In this document: positions 50,339 through 59,648 of the stretch, one piece after another
Layout: each line of letters starts with the position of its first letter
How positions within the stretch are numbered: the first letter of the stretch is position 1
IMG/VR virus record: IMGVR_UViG_3300037400_002094
Location: 1 to 64,000 of that record
Length of the DNA: 64,000 nt
DNA from: a virus
Taxonomy: Duplodnaviria > Caudoviricetes
Reading direction: 5' to 3' (one strand)
Translations under genes and position numbers: made by a program
Notes under the pieces: generated by a model
What the model was told of the DNA's origin: nothing
Databases searched by the model: none
What the model saw: the letters and a program-made list of their open reading frames with translations, nothing else

Positions 50339-52549
50339 ATGCAAGTAATCAAGCGTGACAAAACAGAAGAATTGTTCCAAATTCAGAAAATTGAAAGTGC
50401 TATTGAAAGGGCGTTTGCATCATGCGGGAAAGAGCCAGATTACAAGGTAATCGACTGTATTAAAAGGATTTACAACATTCAGTCAAACGATACAGTACAT
50501 GTGGAGGACATACAGGATAACGTCGAGAAGTGTCTGATGGAGATTGATAAAGAGGTAGCGAAAGCATACATCATCTACAGATACAATCACAAGCTGATTC
50601 GTGAGAACAAGGACAAGCTGTACAAGGACATTACAAAGAAGCTCTTAGCCACAAATGTGACAAACCAGAACGCCAATGTTGATGAGCATTCCTTTGGCGG
50701 TAGAATGGGCGAAGTAAACAGACTGGTTCTCAAGGACTATGCATTGAAATATTGCATGTCCAGGAAGTCCAGAAACAATCACCTTAATAATGAGGTCTAT
50801 ATTCATGACCTGGATTCGTATGCTGCTGGAATGCATAACTGTCTCTCAATTCCATTTGATGACCTTCTTGCTAAGGGCTTCAATACGAGACAGACGGACG
50901 TTAGACCAGCAAATAGTATCAATACAGCAATGCAGCTTGTTGCAGTGATTTTCCAGTTACAGAGTTTACAGCAGTTTGGTGGCGTGTCGGCAACGCACCT
51001 TGACTGGACGATGGTCCCATATGTACGTAAATCATTCTACAAGCATTTCAAGAACGGAGCAAGATATATAGAAGGAGTAAGGGATTTAAGTGAATTTAAT
51101 GACTCAATGTCCATAGAGGACGAGAAGTACAAGGAGAGTGGTAACGTATACACATACGCTATTGAACAGACGCAGAAGGAACTGATACAGGCTGTTGAAG
51201 GTATGTATCATAACCTCAATACATTACAGAGCAGAAGCGGAAACCAGCTCCCATTTACATCTATCAACTATGGAACTTGTACACTTCCAGAGGGAAGAAT
51301 GGTAATCAAGGCACTTCTTGATGGTTCTATAGATGGAGTTGGAAAACATCATAAGACACCTATTTTCCCATGCGGTATCTTCCAGATGATGCATGGTGTA
51401 AACAAGGCAGAAGGAGACCCTAACTATGACTTATTCAAGCTTGCCCTCAAGTCTACATCACAGAGATTGTATCCAAACTACGCTAACTGTGACTGGACTG
51501 GTAACGCAGGCTACGACCCTAACGACCCAAGGACTTATTTCAGCACTATGGGCTGTAGAACCGCCAATGGCTTTGACGTAAACGGTCTTGGTCAGTTGAA
51601 GGACGGTAGAGGTAACATATGCCCTGTTACAGTCATCATGCCTACACTTGCTATGGAGGCTAAGGAAAAGGTTGAGGAGAAGACTATCAAGGAAGAAAGA
51701 AAGTATACCGACGAAGAGGTATTAACCGAGTTCATGAAAATTCTTAACAAAAAGATTGACGAGGCTAAGGACATGCTCATCGAGAGATTCGAGTGGATAT
51801 GCAGTCAGTCACCAGCTTCAGCAAGATTCATGTGGGAGAACAGGACTATGGCTGGATATGTACCAGAAGAGGGAATACGTTCAGCATTGAAGCATGGTAC
51901 TCTTGCACTTGGACAACTTGGATTAGCTGAGACTCTACAGATTCTCGTACACACAGACCATACCACAGATAAGGGTATGGAAGTTGCAAAGGAGATTGAG
52001 ACAATGTTTAGTGAGAAGATTAAGGGTTTCAAAGAGACATATAAGCTCAACTTCGGTGTGTACTTTACACCAGCAGAGAATCTTTGCTACACTGCCATGA
52101 AGAAGTTCAAGGACAGGTTCGGTGTTATACCTAACGTATCAGACAGGGAGTACTTTACTAACTCAATGCACGTTCCAGTATGGCATGATATGTCACCGTT
52201 CCAGAAGATTGATATCGAAGCACAGCTTACAAGCTTCTCAACAGCAGGATGTATTACTTATGTGGAGCTTCCTAGCACCACTAAGCACAACCTGGATGCA
52301 CTGGAGGCAATTGTACTCTATGCTATGGATAAGAACATACCTTATTTTGCAATAAATGTCCCTAACGACACCTGTGAGGACTGCGGATATACCGATGAAA
52401 TGGGCGATACTTGCCCAATGTGCGGAAGTAAGAATATCAGCAGGCTACGTAGAGTTACTGGTTACTTGACTGGAGACTACAAGACGGCCTTCAACTTCGG
52501 TAAGCAAGAAGAGGTCAAGGACAGAGTAAAACATATAAAGGAGTTTTAA
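50339..52549 (+). CDS. nrdD: Anaerobic (class III) ribonucleotide reductase with ATP cone
   Basis: VIKRD ATP cone, HDLD..HNC, MGCRT, TPAENL, YFTNS, CEDC/CPMC, RRVTGYL. Confidence 0.97.
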   Translation: MQVIKRDKTEELFQIQKIESAIERAFASCGKEPDYKVIDCIKRIYNIQSNDTVHVEDIQDNVEKCLMEIDKEVAKAYIIYRYNHKLIRENKDKLYKDITKKLLATNVTNQNANVDEHSFGGRMGEVNRLVLKDYALKYCMSRKSRNNHLNNEVYIHDLDSYAAGMHNCLSIPFDDLLAKGFNTRQTDVRPANSINTAMQLVAVIFQLQSLQQFGGVSATHLDWTMVPYVRKSFYKHFKNGARYIEGVRDLSEFNDSMSIEDEKYKESGNVYTYAIEQTQKELIQAVEGMYHNLNTLQSRSGNQLPFTSINYGTCTLPEGRMVIKALLDGSIDGVGKHHKTPIFPCGIFQMMHGVNKAEGDPNYDLFKLALKSTSQRLYPNYANCDWTGNAGYDPNDPRTYFSTMGCRTANGFDVNGLGQLKDGRGNICPVTVIMPTLAMEAKEKVEEKTIKEERKYTDEEVLTEFMKILNKKIDEAKDMLIERFEWICSQSPASARFMWENRTMAGYVPEEGIRSALKHGTLALGQLGLAETLQILVHTDHTTDKGMEVAKEIETMFSEKIKGFKETYKLNFGVYFTPAENLCYTAMKKFKDRFGVIPNVSDREYFTNSMHVPVWHDMSPFQKIDIEAQLTSFSTAGCITYVELPSTTKHNLDALEAIVLYAMDKNIPYFAINVPNDTCEDCGYTDEMGDTCPMCGSKNISRLRRVTGYLTGDYKTAFNFGKQEEVKDRVKHIKEF

Positions 52550-52552
52550 GTT

Positions 52553-53044
52553 ATGAGAGTAAATAAGATAACGTACCCAGAGCTTAGCAACGGAATTGGA
52601 TTCAGAATCACCGTGTGGGTTTCTGGGTGCGTCCATCACTGTAAAGGATGCCACAACCCAGAGACCTGGGACTTTAACGGTGGAAGGGAGTTCACCGATG
52701 ACGACAAGAAGGAGATATTCAAGCTCCTTACTATACCTTATTTAAAAGGTGTTACTTTTTCTGGGGGAGACCCGCTATGTTCATATGAAGATGTTTTATC
52801 CTTTGCGAAGGAATTAAAAGAGAAGTTCCCAGATAAGGACATCTGGGTTTATACAGGTTTTAAGTTTGAATATGTAGCAGAACACATGAGTGAGATTTTG
52901 GATTATGTAGATTACATAGTCGATGGTAAGTTTGAAGAAGACAAGAAGAATCTTAGTTTAGCCTTTAGAGGTTCAGAGAACCAAAGGATTTGGAAAAAGG
53001 AAGAGGGAGAGTTCAAAGTAATTAATTTAGATGAAGGTGGTTAG
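52553..53044 (+). CDS. nrdG: NrdD activating radical SAM enzyme
   Basis: GCVHHCKGCHNPETW, SGGDP, DG.F, RGSENQR. Confidence 0.96.
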   Translation: MRVNKITYPELSNGIGFRITVWVSGCVHHCKGCHNPETWDFNGGREFTDDDKKEIFKLLTIPYLKGVTFSGGDPLCSYEDVLSFAKELKEKFPDKDIWVYTGFKFEYVAEHMSEILDYVDYIVDGKFEEDKKNLSLAFRGSENQRIWKKEEGEFKVINLDEGG

Positions 53045-53088
53045 AAATAGCCGCCTTTTTATATTTATAGTAAATAATTAGGTTTACT

Positions 53089-54237
53089 ATGATATTGACA
53101 GAAGATATAAAGGGCCTATTCCGTACCGTGAGGACGATGCTTGGTGCTCCAATACGTATTGTACAGCTTGAGGACGAGCAGTTGTGTGACCTCCTGGACG
53201 TAGCAATAGGCGACTACTCTGAGAAGGTTCAGAACTGGGTAATAGAGACGCAGTGGCTCAACATGCAGACGAAGGGACAGATACAGTTCCAGAATGCAAG
53301 TGAGCTGGCATACGCCATGACTGTACGTACAATGGACTGGTCTAGGGACTATTCATATTGGTTCTCACGTGAGGTAGGACTACAGCAGAGAGGACACTAC
53401 GAACTCAAGAAAGACTTCTTCCAGGTTGAGAGAGGAAAGCAGGTATACGTAATTCCAGCGGGACGTGAGATAAATAAGGTGATGTATGTTACCCCATCAA
53501 CAACTAAAGCAGCCCTCTACGGCAACTTAGGAACGCTTGATACTGGTATTGCTGGAGGCTTCGGACAATACGGTAACATGGGTAATGGTATGGGTCTTAC
53601 AGGATTCTATGTAGGCTCAGCCTATGACACAGCTCTTATGGCTGCTGACTTAAAATACAAGAACTCATTGCTTAGAGGTGACTTGGCTTATAAGGTAACG
53701 GCAGGACCTGATGGAACACACCTTGTACACCTTCTTTCCACTCCAGGTTCTCCAAATATGGTCGGTGGTGTTGCTGCTGACGATACTTGGGGATGGAACA
53801 GGTATGCAAGCTGCTACGTATGGTACACATATTATGATGTGAGTGGCGCTGATGATGCTACAGAGTGTATGCTGGAGAATAAGGATGATGTTATCATCAC
53901 CCCAGACCAAGTGCCATTGGATAAAATGAGGTACGAGCTTATGAATAACCCTACACAGCAGATTATAAGACGCTTACTTGTTGCAGAGGCTAAGATATTG
54001 CTTGGTATCATTAGGGGTACGTACAGCGGTGCTGTGAAGATTCCAGAGGCAGAAATGCAGATGGATTACAATATGCTACTTGAGCAGGGCAAGTCAGAGA
54101 AGGAAACGGTGCTTAATGAGTTGAAGGAGAGGCTGGAGAGGATGCTTCCTTGGAACTTGATTAAGAACCAGGTTGAAATGAGTGATAACCTTATAAAGGT
54201 ACTTAAGAACAAACCACTTGGACTGTTTGTGAGATAA
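53089..54237 (+). CDS. Neck/head-tail adaptor protein (T4 gp13-like)
   Basis: LGAPI..VQLEDEQL.D; C-terminal A.AK..LG.IRG.Y; late motif at 53062. Confidence 0.75.
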   Translation: MILTEDIKGLFRTVRTMLGAPIRIVQLEDEQLCDLLDVAIGDYSEKVQNWVIETQWLNMQTKGQIQFQNASELAYAMTVRTMDWSRDYSYWFSREVGLQQRGHYELKKDFFQVERGKQVYVIPAGREINKVMYVTPSTTKAALYGNLGTLDTGIAGGFGQYGNMGNGMGLTGFYVGSAYDTALMAADLKYKNSLLRGDLAYKVTAGPDGTHLVHLLSTPGSPNMVGGVAADDTWGWNRYASCYVWYTYYDVSGADDATECMLENKDDVIITPDQVPLDKMRYELMNNPTQQIIRRLLVAEAKILLGIIRGTYSGAVKIPEAEMQMDYNMLLEQGKSEKETVLNELKERLERMLPWNLIKNQVEMSDNLIKVLKNKPLGLFVR

Positions 54238-54260
54238 AATTTTAAAAAAATATTAAAAAT

Positions 54261-54306
54261 AATCGGGATAAAATTTGTTTATCTCGATTTTTTTATATAT
54301 CTTTGC
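54261..54306 (+). promoter_or_regulatory. Terminator/promoter cassette
   Basis: ATCGGGATAAA/TTTATCTCGAT stem with TTTG, 20 nt to TATCTTTG. Confidence 0.75.
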
Positions 54307-54328
54307 GTATATAAACGTTTTTTAACAT

Positions 54329-56044
54329 ATGCAAAATAAAACAACAGAAGAATTTATAAAAGAAGTTGAAGAAAGATTTCCAGGTGAAGTTTCTTTTGAG
54401 AAAACTGTCTATACTGGCGCATATTCACCGTTAATAATGACTTGTTCTAAACATGGTGATATAACAGTCGTCCCGCATAACGTCTTGAAAAATAATGCTG
54501 TTTGCGCTTGTCCTAAATGTGGAAGGGAAAAAGGTAACAATAATTCTAAACTAACAAGAGGTGGCACTAAAGTAAAATTTTTAGAGCGTTTATATAAACG
54601 TTTTCCTAACATTAAATATGATTTTTCAGAAGCTAAATATATTAATAGTAAAACTCACATGAAAGTTATATGTCATGAAAAGGATTGTAATGGTGTTGAA
54701 CACGGTGCTTGGTTCATAAAACCAAGTAATTTATATACTGGCTACGGTTGTCCTAAATGTGGAAATGAAAAAAGCACCCAAGAACGTAGAATGTCTTATG
54801 AAGATTACTGTAAATTGGTATCAGAAAAATATGGCGATATATATGAGGTTGATGAAAATTCGTATCACGATAAAAGTAGTTCAATAAAAATTCGTTGTAA
54901 AAAACACAATACTTATTTTATAGCAAACAGTAGGGAGTTTCCAAAATGTAATTCACACAAATGTCCAGAGTGTATAAAGGAGGAAATAGAAGAATATTCT
55001 AGTGCTACTAGAGATACAAATATTATAGAAGATAACGGTGTGTGGAAAAACGATTCTATTAATTTTAATGAAGAGGTGTGGGTTGATGTTTTGGGATTTG
55101 AAGGGCAATATCAATGCAGTAGTGAAGGTAGATTTAAGAATATAAGTGTTAAAAATAAGAATGGAGAAAAAGCTAGAGACAGACTAATACGTGTTAGTTT
55201 TGCAAACCGTTTAGGTACAGTGTGTTTAGGGGGAAAACTTTATTCTGCTAGCAGAAAGATATATGAAAGTTTTCATAAGATTAAACTACCTTCTGGATAT
55301 ACTCATACAATAGACCATATAGATAATAATGTTAGAAACAACAGAATATCTAATCTGAGATTAGGTGGCTCAATACGTGAGAATATGCTTAACAATCATA
55401 AAACTCGTGCGAAATTATCTGCAAGATGTGGTGCTATTGGTGTAACACCTATCTTTGATTTTGATGACTTACCAGGAGAAAAATGGGTTGATGCAATTGG
55501 GTATGAGAATTTGTACTCTGTATCTAATCTTGGAAGGGTTATGGCTAAAGAACGAACGCTAATTGAAAAAAATAGAAACGTAAAGAGAGTTAAAAGAAAG
55601 CATCTTATGAGACAATGTATCAAATATGGACAATATTACACATTGGGACTTATAGATAGTAACGGAAATCACAAAACACATTACACTCATAAGTTGGTAT
55701 ATGAAAGTTTTAATGGCAGAGTAAAGGATGGTAATCAAATTGACCATATTGATTCTAACCCCTTGAATAATAAATTAGAGAATCTTAGAGAAGTAACGCC
55801 ACTAGAAAACGTTAATAACTCAAACACTAGGAAAAAAAGGAAGTCTCCAGATACACATGCTGGAGTATTAGTAAAAAAGTTGGATTTACATAATAATGTT
55901 ATAGTCACATATATGTCTATCAGAGAGGCTGCTAGACAAAATAATGTTGCTGTTACATCTATGTATAAATGGATTAGTGGCAAGATTGACCAAAAGAGAA
56001 ATCGCCTTAAGGGATATTATTTCAAGGTTGAGGAGAATATTTAA
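54329..56044 (+). CDS. Free-standing HNH homing endonuclease (Zn-ribbon repeats + two NUMOD4-HNH modules + HTH)
   Basis: C..HG/CPKC repeats; E.WVD..G.E..Y..S..GR twice; IDHID.N..NN...NLR twice; SIREAAR. Confidence 0.9.
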   Translation: MQNKTTEEFIKEVEERFPGEVSFEKTVYTGAYSPLIMTCSKHGDITVVPHNVLKNNAVCACPKCGREKGNNNSKLTRGGTKVKFLERLYKRFPNIKYDFSEAKYINSKTHMKVICHEKDCNGVEHGAWFIKPSNLYTGYGCPKCGNEKSTQERRMSYEDYCKLVSEKYGDIYEVDENSYHDKSSSIKIRCKKHNTYFIANSREFPKCNSHKCPECIKEEIEEYSSATRDTNIIEDNGVWKNDSINFNEEVWVDVLGFEGQYQCSSEGRFKNISVKNKNGEKARDRLIRVSFANRLGTVCLGGKLYSASRKIYESFHKIKLPSGYTHTIDHIDNNVRNNRISNLRLGGSIRENMLNNHKTRAKLSARCGAIGVTPIFDFDDLPGEKWVDAIGYENLYSVSNLGRVMAKERTLIEKNRNVKRVKRKHLMRQCIKYGQYYTLGLIDSNGNHKTHYTHKLVYESFNGRVKDGNQIDHIDSNPLNNKLENLREVTPLENVNNSNTRKKRKSPDTHAGVLVKKLDLHNNVIVTYMSIREAARQNNVAVTSMYKWISGKIDQKRNRLKGYYFKVEENI

Positions 56045-56055
56045 AAAACGTTAAA

Positions 56056-56101
56056 AATCGGGATTATATTTGGTAGTCTCGATTTTTTTAGCTATCTTTG
56101 C
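56056..56101 (+). promoter_or_regulatory. Terminator/promoter cassette (copy of 54261-54306)
   Basis: 39 of 46 nt identical to the upstream copy. Confidence 0.75.
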
Positions 56102-56122
56102 ACACAAAAAAGGAGAAATAAT

Positions 56123-56299
56123 ATGTGTAAGTTTTGTGAAGGCAAGAAAACCATTGGTAGAGAAGGCCGTAAGATTTTTATGAATGAATCTGGACAACTT
56201 GTATACCTTGGAGAGCACACCATATTTGGTGATGTCATTGGTAAGGTTAAGTTCTGTCCAGAGTGCGGTAAAACAATAAAAGAAAATAAGGAAGGATAA
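56123..56299 (+). CDS. 58-aa zinc-finger protein
   Basis: Not in ORF track. MCKFC...FCPECGK; first gene after the promoter. Confidence 0.75.
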   Translation: MCKFCEGKKTIGREGRKIFMNESGQLVYLGEHTIFGDVIGKVKFCPECGKTIKENKEG

Positions 56300-56303
56300 T
56301 AAT

Positions 56304-56630
56304 ATGACTGGTATTGAAATTGTATTGTGGATTGTATTATGGATTATTGGTATTATAGGTACACTAGTCGTTTTATATTATGTCAATAATAAGGTGACAT
56401 TGGCTAATGCGGTTTGTGCAATATTATTCTGGTGGATTATATTACCAATATTTTTCATAGCAGGCGTAGCATTTGTAATTTCCTGGCTTTTCACAACGGC
56501 TAATGATATTGTCCTGGTGGAGAGAGGCGACTGGTGGCTTTCCAAGGAAGAGAGGAAGATATTAAGGGAGGAAAAGAAAAAGGAGAAGAAAGGAAAAGGT
56601 TTAACATTAAATAACATTTTAAGAAAATGA
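56304..56630 (+). CDS. Small membrane protein
   Basis: Two hydrophobic segments, basic tail, ATGA overlap with the next gene. Confidence 0.75.
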   Translation: MTGIEIVLWIVLWIIGIIGTLVVLYYVNNKVTLANAVCAILFWWIILPIFFIAGVAFVISWLFTTANDIVLVERGDWWLSKEERKILREEKKKEKKGKGLTLNNILRK

Positions 56631-58669
56631 AAAAGTTTATCGGTTTATTTATGTGTCTGGTAATGACAACAATGACCTATGCTGACACAATCGAGAGTAC
56701 AGATTCTGTAATTAACCAGACGTTGGACGAGTTCACCGTCACCTCCTTCTATCGGAGTGCTACCCCCATGTTGGGCAGTTCTGTGGACTCTAAGAACCTT
56801 GTTGCCAACAACTACGGTCAAGAGCCTTCTTGGTTGTTTGCCAAGATGCCTTCCATCTTCGCATTCAGCGACAACGGCACTGACTTTGGTTACGGCTATT
56901 TCCGCATTCGTGGTCTTGACCAGACCCGCATTAATGTAACGCTGGACGGTATGCCTTGGAATGAGGCTGAGGATTTTGGCTGTTACTTCGCTAATAGTCC
57001 CGACATTATGGCAGACGCAGGTACAATTGACGTTGGGCGTGGTACAAGCACCTATAATCCAGGAACTGCATCCTACGGTGGAAGTATCAACATCAGCTCT
57101 GTAGACCTGTTGAAGAACACCACATCATATGCTGAGTTCGGTGCAGGTAGCTTCGCATCAGCCAAGACATCTGTAAACATCAACACAGGACTCATGGGTA
57201 AGTGGGCATTACATGTGCGTGGTACATTGTCGCATACTGATGGTTATCGTGAGCACAGCCAGAACAACTCACAATCACTTGGTTTCAAGCTGGGTTACTT
57301 CATCAATGAAAAGAGTTGGGTTGACCTCTTATCTATTACAGGCTACCATACCAATGGACAGGGTTATATCGGCGTTTCTATGGAAGACCTTGAGAAGAAC
57401 CGACACCTCAATGGCTGTAGCAAGGACGAAGATGACAATTTCTTCCAGACCGTCAATAAGCTGACGTATAACAGTTGGCTTGGCGAGAAGATTCTGTTTA
57501 CCTCTTCACTCTACTGGAACATGCTGATGGGTGAGTATCGCTTTGACCTTGATAACTATATGATTCGCCTCTGTGACGAGCCTATGGAGACTGGTATGCT
57601 ATACAACTACGGTCTTAAGCAGCACATGTACGGTGGCAATGCAGCAGCACGTTACTACATCAATGATGGCTCTATTACCATTGGTACTAATATCTACAAG
57701 TTCGAGCGTGAGCACTACCTTGATGACCGTAACATCGACAAGGCACGTAACATCGACCCTGCTGAGTACTATGGCAATCGTGGTCACAAGATGGACTATG
57801 AGGTGTTCTTGAATGCTAAAAAGTCATTCGGAAACTTTACATTGTCAGCCAATGCACAGTATCGTGGCGTTAACTTCTGGTATCGTGACCTTATGAACCC
57901 GCTGGTTGAGTTTGACGAGGACACCAAGTGGAATTTCCTTAACTTCGGTGCTGATGTGAGCTACAAGATTGGTCGTCACAATGAGGTTTACTTGAAGTAC
58001 GCACGAGCCAACCGTGAACCGACACGAACCGATATGTTCGGTGGTAATGAGTGGTATCCTGGTGCGCTTACAACGACTGATGCTGAGGTTTCCAATGACG
58101 TTGAAATTGGCTGGAACATTGCTACGAAGCGTCTTAACGCCAACTTGAACCTGTTTGGCATGTTCTTCGAGAATGAGCGTTCATTGACTGGTACAATCGG
58201 TCTGAACGGTCTCCCAGAGCACGAGAAGGCAGACAATAGTCATCGTATGGGTATCGAGTTGTATGTCGATTATAATCCGTTTGCAAAATTGCATCTTATC
58301 AACAATTCTTCATATTCAAATAATAAGGTTAAGACTGACACCTATGGCACTAAGACTCATGTTCTTACTCCAGGATGTACGTTTAACCAGGATATTGAAT
58401 GGAGAGATAAGATATGGACATTTGGTATAGGATATAAGTATCGTAGCCATATGTACCTTGATATGGCTAATACTGAACGAATTCCAGACCTGTGGCAGCT
58501 TAATCTCTATGGTAGTGTTACCCTTGGTAAGTTCATCGTCAGTGGGCATGTTAATAACATTACCAATCGTGACAATATGCAGACAGGTGTGCTAACCAAT
58601 ACCAACAAGGCTCGTTTCATGCCTGATGCACCAACGAATGTGTTTACTTCAATTAAATATATGTTCTAA
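56627..58669 (+). CDS. TonB-dependent outer-membrane receptor
   Basis: Signal peptide, TonB-box-like LDEFTVTS, plug RIRGLDQTRINVTLDGMP and GGSINI, beta-barrel strands, C-terminal Phe. Confidence 0.93.
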   Translation: MKKFIGLFMCLVMTTMTYADTIESTDSVINQTLDEFTVTSFYRSATPMLGSSVDSKNLVANNYGQEPSWLFAKMPSIFAFSDNGTDFGYGYFRIRGLDQTRINVTLDGMPWNEAEDFGCYFANSPDIMADAGTIDVGRGTSTYNPGTASYGGSINISSVDLLKNTTSYAEFGAGSFASAKTSVNINTGLMGKWALHVRGTLSHTDGYREHSQNNSQSLGFKLGYFINEKSWVDLLSITGYHTNGQGYIGVSMEDLEKNRHLNGCSKDEDDNFFQTVNKLTYNSWLGEKILFTSSLYWNMLMGEYRFDLDNYMIRLCDEPMETGMLYNYGLKQHMYGGNAAARYYINDGSITIGTNIYKFEREHYLDDRNIDKARNIDPAEYYGNRGHKMDYEVFLNAKKSFGNFTLSANAQYRGVNFWYRDLMNPLVEFDEDTKWNFLNFGADVSYKIGRHNEVYLKYARANREPTRTDMFGGNEWYPGALTTTDAEVSNDVEIGWNIATKRLNANLNLFGMFFENERSLTGTIGLNGLPEHEKADNSHRMGIELYVDYNPFAKLHLINNSSYSNNKVKTDTYGTKTHVLTPGCTFNQDIEWRDKIWTFGIGYKYRSHMYLDMANTERIPDLWQLNLYGSVTLGKFIVSGHVNNITNRDNMQTGVLTNTNKARFMPDAPTNVFTSIKYMF

Positions 58670-58671
58670 TT

Positions 58672-59070
58672 ATGGATAAGTTATATATAGATGATACACA
58701 TCCTGGGTTTCTTAGAATGAAAAAAGATGATGGAACTGTTGTAAGTCATTTGGATTATAAATGTTATATCAAAAGTGAAACAAAAGAAGTATATTCAGTA
58801 TCTATCGATTTACTAGAAACCAAAGAAGGGTATAGAAATAATGGATATGCCACAAAATTGGTTAACCATTTAATCGAAAAGTACAGAGGGGTAGACATAG
58901 AACTATATTGTATACCTCTTGTTCAAAAAGATGGTTTTGACCAGGCGCAAATAGAATTATTATTGTTTTATAAACACCTTGGATTCAAAGAATTTAAAGA
59001 ATATGAAGGACGTGTATTTGGTGGAATCACCAAAAAATATTTTAAAATGGTAAGAAAAGCAGTTAATTAG
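58672..59070 (+). CDS. GNAT-family acetyltransferase
   Basis: YRNNGYATKL acetyl-CoA motif, FYKHLGF. Confidence 0.8.
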   Translation: MDKLYIDDTHPGFLRMKKDDGTVVSHLDYKCYIKSETKEVYSVSIDLLETKEGYRNNGYATKLVNHLIEKYRGVDIELYCIPLVQKDGFDQAQIELLLFYKHLGFKEFKEYEGRVFGGITKKYFKMVRKAVN

Positions 59071-59074
59071 TATT

Positions 59075-59123
59075 AAAAAATGAGGTAATCGTTTGGTTAT
59101 CTCATTTTTTTTATGTAAATTTG
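59075..59123 (+). promoter_or_regulatory. Terminator/promoter cassette
   Basis: ATGAGGTAA/TTATCTCAT stem, TTTG at 59092-59095, 20 nt to TAAATTTG. Confidence 0.7.
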
Positions 59124-59148
59124 CAGGTGAAATAAAATTTAATTAATT

Positions 59149-59646
59149 ATGTTAGTTTGGGCTTTTAATAAAAATAATAAATCATTTAAATTGTGCGGAA
59201 CTTATGAAACAATGTTTCATACAGATAGAAAAGGTGATGAGAAAAGTCGTGTTTATATAAATGAATGCGATTATGAAATACCTAAGGATGTTGTGGAGAG
59301 TCATTTTTCTGATTTACAGTTTAATCCTTTTACAGAGTACAAATTCATTGTTAATAAAGAGAAATACGATGAATATAATTTCTGGGGAAGCTTTCCATAT
59401 GGTGGTTTTTTTGTAAGTGCTTGTGTTGTTAATAATGATAACGAAATAATCAAGGACGGATTTTACCCCCAATCAAATAGTTGTGAAATACGGATTTTAG
59501 AGGAATTTTTTAATTGTATCGGATATGATAGCGTTATTGGTAGGTTTAATTGGCGAGAAGTAAAAGAATATGAGGAAAATGGTTATAAACTAGTTTTATG
59601 GTATGGGGCAGCTAAAAATAATGCAATGTTTGTAAAAGAAAGGTAA
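59149..59646 (+). CDS. Hypothetical protein
   Basis: 165-aa AT-rich ORF. Confidence 0.7.
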   Translation: MLVWAFNKNNKSFKLCGTYETMFHTDRKGDEKSRVYINECDYEIPKDVVESHFSDLQFNPFTEYKFIVNKEKYDEYNFWGSFPYGGFFVSACVVNNDNEIIKDGFYPQSNSCEIRILEEFFNCIGYDSVIGRFNWREVKEYEENGYKLVLWYGAAKNNAMFVKER

Positions 59647-59648
59647 AA

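Noticed and set aside
809-52549. Inteins or introns in the polymerase, recombinase, helicase or NrdD
   Set aside because: Frames are continuous, lengths are ordinary, and no intein splice or LAGLIDADG motifs were seen.
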